This document shows positions 58,808-64,000 of a stretch of DNA of 64,000 bases, one piece after another (position 1 is the stretch's first letter; each line of letters opens with the position of its first letter). This stretch comes from a bacterium. GTDB taxonomy: Bacteria; Bacteroidota; Ignavibacteria; UBA10030. A program made the position numbers and the translations under genes. Location of the stretch: positions 1 through 64,000 of the forward strand of contig JAZDJN010000091.1 of NCBI GenBank assembly GCA_043803945.1, in the 5' to 3' direction. The notes under the pieces were generated by a model, which saw only the letters and a program-made list of their open reading frames with translations, had not been told where the DNA came from and searched no databases.

Positions 58808-61213
58808 ATGAACGAGTCGGACAGACAATCTGCAGTAGTATGTTACCATTGCGGTGCTCCTGCACTCGTTACCCGAATTGATGATGAAGGCAAGAGCTTT
58901 TGCTGCGCCGGATGCAAAGCAGTCTATGAGATTCTATCACAGGCGGATCTCTGCAACTATTATGAGTTCCAGCAGAATCCCGGCATCACTCCTTCGATCC
59001 GCCCCGCGAAAAAATTCGCGTACCTCGATAATCCCGAACTGAAGCGCCAATTAGTGGAATTCTCTAACGGCGAGTTGAGCGTCATCAATCTTGTAATCCC
59101 TCAGATGCATTGCAGCTCTTGCATCTGGCTCCTTGAGCATCTTCAACGCCTTCATTCCGGTATTCTGTTTTCCCGGGTCGATTTTCTGAAAAAACAGCTC
59201 CTCATTCGGTTTTACGAAAAGAAGATTTCACTCAGAGAAGTTATCGAGTTGCTTTCCTCGCTGGGCTATGAACCGGAATTGAACCTTGGCTCCGTTCAAT
59301 CGCAGCAAAAAAACACAATCGATCGAAGCCTCTATCTGAAGATTGGTGTCGCAGCGTTCTGTTTTGGAAATATCATGCTCTTCAGTCTCCCCGAATACCT
59401 AGCAACATCCCAGGAGGATCTCGGTTCACGAATATATTTTGGGTACCTCAATCTTGTTCTCTCAATTCCTGTTGTTCTGTACAGCAGTTCGATCTTCTTT
59501 AGCTCAGGATTTAAAAACCTCTTGCGAGGAGTCATTACAATCGACCTGCCTATTGCGCTCGGCATTGCCATCGTTTTCTTAAGAAGCGCTGCCGATGTTC
59601 TCTTTCAAACCGGTCCCGGTTACTTCGATTCGCTGACCGGATTAGTCTTCTTTCTTCTTCTCGGCAGGCTCTTTCAGAATAAGACATTTGACAGTCTGAA
59701 TTTCGAACGGAAGTATCATTCCTATTTTCCTCTCGCTGCTGCAATAAAAACTGCTGAGGGGGAAACTACAGTCCCGCTTACTGCGCTGAGGCCCGGTCAG
59801 AGAGTTATCATCCGGAATAATGAAATCATACCGGCAGATGGTGTTGTGATGCAAGGGAAAGCCACAATTGATTACAGTTTTGTAACGGGCGAATCTGAGC
59901 CTACTACAAAGACCATAGGAGATCTGGTGTACGCAGGCGGGAAGCAGGCAGGGGCTGCCGTGGAAATTGAACTGGTGAAGGAAGTTGCCGAAAGCGAGTT
60001 GATACAACTCTGGAGCGATTTTGGAGCGTCGGAACGCACAAAATCACATTTACTGACTCTCTCTAACACTGCCGGTAAGTATTTCACGATAGCAATTCTT
60101 CTCATTGCAGCAGTCACTGCGCTGTATTGGTGGCTCATGAATCCTTCAATCATTCTCAACGCTGTTACTGCTATTCTCATTGTGTCCTGCCCATGTGCAC
60201 TGGCGCTTGCGGCACCATTTGCGTTTGGAAGCACTATGAGAATCTTCGGGAAGAAAGGATTCTACCTGAAACAGGCGGCAGTGATTGAGAGTTTGGCAAA
60301 AGTCTATACCATTGTATTCGATAAAACAGGCACATTGACCGAAACGAAACGTGCATCCATCCGGTTCATCGGAAAGGAGCTCACCGCAAATGAACGCTCA
60401 CTCATTTCATCCGTTGCCAGATGCTCGACACATCCTCTGAGCCGAACGATCAGCGAGTATTTTGCTGCGAGTCCTTTCGAAGTTCACGACTTCGAGGAAG
60501 TTCAGGCGGCAGGGATTGCAGGCCGGGTAAATGGTTCACAAGTACGGCTCGGAACTGGACAATGGGTACATGTCGACTATTCCGCGACGGAGAACGAAGA
60601 TCAGCCGACTGCAGTGCACGCCGCTATCGATAATCAGTATCTTGGACACTTTGTGGTCAGTAACATCTATCGGTCTGGTGTCAGAGAGGTTCTGAAAAAT
60701 CTTGGCGATCACCATGCAGTGTTCCTCCTGTCGGGCGATAGTTCAAAAGAGGAAGCGACACTGCGAGTACTCTACCCCGGATTCGTCGATATGCGCTTCC
60801 GCCAACAGCCGCATGACAAACTTGAGTCTATCAAACAACTTCAACATGACGGCAGGACCGTTATGATGATTGGTGACGGCTTGAACGATGCAGGTGCACT
60901 CTGGCAGGCTGATCTTGGCATAGCGGTAACAGAGCGGAGTTCTGCTTTTTCACCGGCATGCGATGCCATCCTCACAAGTGCTTCATTTCACCAGCTCGAT
61001 CGCTTCATACATTTTTCTACGACCTCACTCCATATCGTTTATGCTGCGTTCACTCTTTCTATAGTCTACAATATCGTGGGATTATATTTTGCCGTGCAGG
61101 GTGCGCTCTCCCCCATTCTCGCAGCGATTTTAATGCCGCTCAGTTCCATTAGTGTTGTGGCATTTTCAACGCTCATCACCCAGATGCTTGCTCGGCGGAA
61201 AGGTCTCCTCTAA
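58808..61213 (+). CDS. ccoI: Cu-translocating P1B-type ATPase CcoI/FixI
   Basis: CYHC...CC.GC, HCSSC, TGES, CPC, DKTGT and GDGLND motifs. Confidence 0.92.
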   Translation: MNESDRQSAVVCYHCGAPALVTRIDDEGKSFCCAGCKAVYEILSQADLCNYYEFQQNPGITPSIRPAKKFAYLDNPELKRQLVEFSNGELSVINLVIPQMHCSSCIWLLEHLQRLHSGILFSRVDFLKKQLLIRFYEKKISLREVIELLSSLGYEPELNLGSVQSQQKNTIDRSLYLKIGVAAFCFGNIMLFSLPEYLATSQEDLGSRIYFGYLNLVLSIPVVLYSSSIFFSSGFKNLLRGVITIDLPIALGIAIVFLRSAADVLFQTGPGYFDSLTGLVFFLLLGRLFQNKTFDSLNFERKYHSYFPLAAAIKTAEGETTVPLTALRPGQRVIIRNNEIIPADGVVMQGKATIDYSFVTGESEPTTKTIGDLVYAGGKQAGAAVEIELVKEVAESELIQLWSDFGASERTKSHLLTLSNTAGKYFTIAILLIAAVTALYWWLMNPSIILNAVTAILIVSCPCALALAAPFAFGSTMRIFGKKGFYLKQAAVIESLAKVYTIVFDKTGTLTETKRASIRFIGKELTANERSLISSVARCSTHPLSRTISEYFAASPFEVHDFEEVQAAGIAGRVNGSQVRLGTGQWVHVDYSATENEDQPTAVHAAIDNQYLGHFVVSNIYRSGVREVLKNLGDHHAVFLLSGDSSKEEATLRVLYPGFVDMRFRQQPHDKLESIKQLQHDGRTVMMIGDGLNDAGALWQADLGIAVTERSSAFSPACDAILTSASFHQLDRFIHFSTTSLHIVYAAFTLSIVYNIVGLYFAVQGALSPILAAILMPLSSISVVAFSTLITQMLARRKGLL

Positions 61214-61437
61214 TGTCGGTGGTCGTCGTCTTAATAGGATTTAGTGTTCTTGTTGCTCTGGGATTTCTCATCGCGTTTATTTGGGCGGTGCGATCGGGTC
61301 AATACGACGATAAGTACACACCCTCGGTAAGAATTCTCTTTGATGATCAAAAGAAAACGAGTAATTTTGACCAACATCCAACCACCACTGGAGAAGAAAG
61401 TCCTGATCATGCAGATGGAAAAGATCAGATACGATAA
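61213..61437 (+). CDS. ccoS: cbb3 oxidase assembly protein CcoS
   Basis: F.WAV.SGQYDD...P..RIL.DD motif. Confidence 0.9.
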   Translation: MSVVVVLIGFSVLVALGFLIAFIWAVRSGQYDDKYTPSVRILFDDQKKTSNFDQHPTTTGEESPDHADGKDQIR

Positions 61438-63520
61438 CGGAATCGTCCGCAATTTCGTCATTGCTACAGCCCTGTGGGGAGCAGTGGGAATGCTTGTGGG
61501 AATCCTTATCGCACTGCAACTCTTCGAGCCCGCATTCAATGCCAAACTTCAATTTATTACTTTCGGACGCATCCGTCCGCTTCATACCAATGCCGTTGTC
61601 TTTGCATTTGTTGGGAATGGTATTTTTATGGGATTATATTACTCCCTTCAGCGTCTCTGCAAAGCACGGATGTTCAGCGATCTCCTCAGCAAGATTCACT
61701 TTTGGGGATGGCAGACAATCATCGTTTCCGCCGCTCTCACACTCCCCCTCGGATTTACATCGGGAAAGGAATATGCCGAACTGGAATGGCCGATTGACAT
61801 CGCCATTACACTTATATGGGCAGTCTTGACAGTGAACGTTGTCGGGACGATCGTGAAGCGTCGCGAAAAGCATATGTACGTTGCCATCTGGTTTTATCTG
61901 GCAACGCTGGTGACTGTTGCTGTGCTCCATATCGTAAACTCCATTGAGCTGCCGGTCTCCTATCTCAAGAGTTACCCGGTCTATGCCGGCGTGCAGGATG
62001 CTCTGGTACAATGGTGGTACGGGCATAATGCTGTTGCGTTTTTTCTCACCACGCCATATTTGGGATTGATGTATTACTTTCTCCCCAAAGCGGCAAACCG
62101 GCCCGTCTATTCGTACCGGCTCTCAATTGTTCACTTCTGGTCGTTGATCTTCCTCTATATTTGGGCTGGCCCGCATCACCTTCTCTATACCGCGCTTCCT
62201 GATTGGGCACAGTCTCTCGGTACGGTATTCTCTGTGATGCTCCTTGCTCCATCGTGGGGTGGTGCTATCAATGGACTGCTGACATTGCGCGGAGCCTGGG
62301 ATAAAGTGCGGGAAGAGCCGGTATTAAAATTCATGGTAATTGCTGTTACAGCGTACGGTATGTCCACGCTCGAAGGGCCTTTGCTCTCATTAAAAAATGT
62401 GAATGCAATATCTCACTACACCGATTGGACAATCTCCCATGCCCACATTGGAGCGTTGGGATGGAACGGGTTTCTGACATTTGGAATTCTCTACTGGATC
62501 GTTCCAAAATTATGGAACACGCAGATATATTCCCGCAAATTGGCAAATTTCCATTTCTGGATTGGCACGCTTGGCATTGTATTCTATGCCGTTGGATTAT
62601 ACTGGGCTGGTATTACACAATCATTGATGTGGAAACAATTCACTTCCTTTGGCGTTCTTCAGTATCCCAATTTTCTTGAGACGGTAACACAGATCCTTCC
62701 CTTCTATATGATTCGAGCGTTTGGCGGCACTCTCTATTTCATCGGAGCACTCGTGATGATCTATACCCTCTTCAAAACCGCCAGACAGGGAAAGCTGGTG
62801 AAGAATGAGGAGGTCGAGGTTCCAAGCCGTTGGACCGACACCCACGCTGTTAAGGAAAACAAACATCGCTGGCTCGAAAAAAGGCCGATTCAATTCGCCG
62901 TCCTTTCTGCCGTTGTGATCTTGATCGGGGGCCTGGTGGAACTTATCCCCACGTTTCTGATCAAATCAAATATTCCAACGATCAGCTCGGTAAAACCCTA
63001 TACGCCGTTGGAATTGGAGGGGCGTGATATCTACATCCGAGAAGGGTGCAACACTTGTCACTCGCAGATGATACGGCCATTCAGGTCCGAGACAGAACGA
63101 TACGGCGAATATTCCAAAGCGGGAGAGTACGTCTATGATCATCCGTTCCTCTGGGGTTCAAAACGGACAGGTCCGGATCTGCATCGCGAAGGCAAGAAGT
63201 ATCCTAACCTCTGGCATTTCATGCACATGGAAAATCCACAATCTGTTTCACCGGGATCGATTATGCCTTCCTATCCCTGGTTGTTTACAAGTGATGCAGA
63301 CGTCTCGATTGCACAATTAAAAATCCGTGCCATGCAGAGGCTCGGTGTTCCATATCCAAAAGGATATGATAAGCAGGCAGCGGCAGATCTCCGGTCACAG
63401 GCTGAGAATATTGCCGCAGATTTACAGAAACAGAATGCACCTGCCGATCCCGGGAAAGAGATCATCGCACTCATTGCCTACCTGCAGCGGTTGGGCATTG
63501 ATATTGCAGTTCAGCAATAA
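61409..63520 (+). CDS. ccoNO: Fused cbb3 oxidase subunits I/II
   Basis: FGR.RPLHTN, WWYGHN, AGPHH, H.H; CcoO part EGC.TCHSQ.IRP and WGSKRTGPDL. Confidence 0.95.
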   Translation: MQMEKIRYDNGIVRNFVIATALWGAVGMLVGILIALQLFEPAFNAKLQFITFGRIRPLHTNAVVFAFVGNGIFMGLYYSLQRLCKARMFSDLLSKIHFWGWQTIIVSAALTLPLGFTSGKEYAELEWPIDIAITLIWAVLTVNVVGTIVKRREKHMYVAIWFYLATLVTVAVLHIVNSIELPVSYLKSYPVYAGVQDALVQWWYGHNAVAFFLTTPYLGLMYYFLPKAANRPVYSYRLSIVHFWSLIFLYIWAGPHHLLYTALPDWAQSLGTVFSVMLLAPSWGGAINGLLTLRGAWDKVREEPVLKFMVIAVTAYGMSTLEGPLLSLKNVNAISHYTDWTISHAHIGALGWNGFLTFGILYWIVPKLWNTQIYSRKLANFHFWIGTLGIVFYAVGLYWAGITQSLMWKQFTSFGVLQYPNFLETVTQILPFYMIRAFGGTLYFIGALVMIYTLFKTARQGKLVKNEEVEVPSRWTDTHAVKENKHRWLEKRPIQFAVLSAVVILIGGLVELIPTFLIKSNIPTISSVKPYTPLELEGRDIYIREGCNTCHSQMIRPFRSETERYGEYSKAGEYVYDHPFLWGSKRTGPDLHREGKKYPNLWHFMHMENPQSVSPGSIMPSYPWLFTSDADVSIAQLKIRAMQRLGVPYPKGYDKQAAADLRSQAENIAADLQKQNAPADPGKEIIALIAYLQRLGIDIAVQQ

Positions 63521-63532
63521 GGAGCTACAGTA

Positions 63533-63688
63533 ATGCTGGGAAATTATCTGAATGCCATTGAAGGCATCGCAACGTATCCTCTGGTGACGTTGATGATCTT
63601 CTTTTCGTTTTTCATCGCGGTTCTCGTGATGGTTGTTCGCATGAAGAAAGAACATATTGACAAGATGAGGCAACTCCCATTGGAGTAA
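63533..63688 (+). CDS. ccoQ: cbb3 oxidase small subunit CcoQ (51 aa; missing from the ORF track)
   Basis: AGGAG RBS; MLGNYLNAIEGIATYPLVTLMIFFSFFIAVLVMVVRMKKEHIDKMRQLPLE. Confidence 0.8.
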   Translation: MLGNYLNAIEGIATYPLVTLMIFFSFFIAVLVMVVRMKKEHIDKMRQLPLE

Positions 63689-63722
63689 GTATTGGTAATT
63701 TCGACTAAGCTTTTATAGGAAG

Positions 63723-63999
63723 GCTCCGTAGGAGCTATATATTTCTAACAAACACGATAAACTAAGTTTGAGCTCCATAGGAGCGAGACAAGGATTGGTT
63801 ACAATTCTATTTAAAGAAAGGTTCGAATACTTCGAAGATTATATCGCTCCGAATGGAGCTTGATTACTCTTAGTTTTTAGGTTACAAACATTCTGAGGGT
63901 GTCTGAAAAGTTTTGAATAGGTTATCTTCAATATTCAAAATTGTGCAATCCAATGAATTATCGCAACTCCAACGTGGACGAGTTGGCAACTCGTCCTAC
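63723..63999. repeat. REP-like palindrome cluster
   Basis: GCTCC-N3/4-GGAGC at 63723, 63772 and 63846; ggacgagttggcaactcgtcctac (GTAG-type REP on the - strand) at ~63976-63999. Confidence 0.65.
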
Positions 64000-64000
64000 A

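Overview
Chromosomal window from a bacterium that looks Ignavibacteria-like (FCB group). The basis is inference from 'QNF/YPNPFNP.TT' secretion tails, the ACIII gene layout and a fused ccoNO. From left to right: (1) an alginate/uronate utilisation operon on the - strand (FadR/GntR regulator, heparinase II/III-like lyase, DEH reductase, PL17, KdgF, MFS, two secreted proteins, a PF05426 alginate lyase, and a PL6 gene cut by an IS3 at the window edge); (2) a signalling and secreted-protein block, including an unannotated signal-peptide + thioredoxin(UxxC) + TPR gene with an in-frame UGA followed by a SECIS-like hairpin, i.e. a probable selenoprotein; (3) tRNA-Phe surrounded by repeated palindromic elements; (4) housekeeping genes (acyl-CoA dehydrogenase, enoyl-ACP reductase-like SDR, glmS, pgeF, sensor kinase, pyrRBC with a PyrR attenuator); (5) a ~20 kb respiratory supercluster: alternative complex III plus an A2-type Cox operon, back-to-back with a cbb3 oxidase operon. 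Many intergenic regions carry small palindromic elements, some nested inside each other. All family assignments are by motif recognition only; no searches were run.
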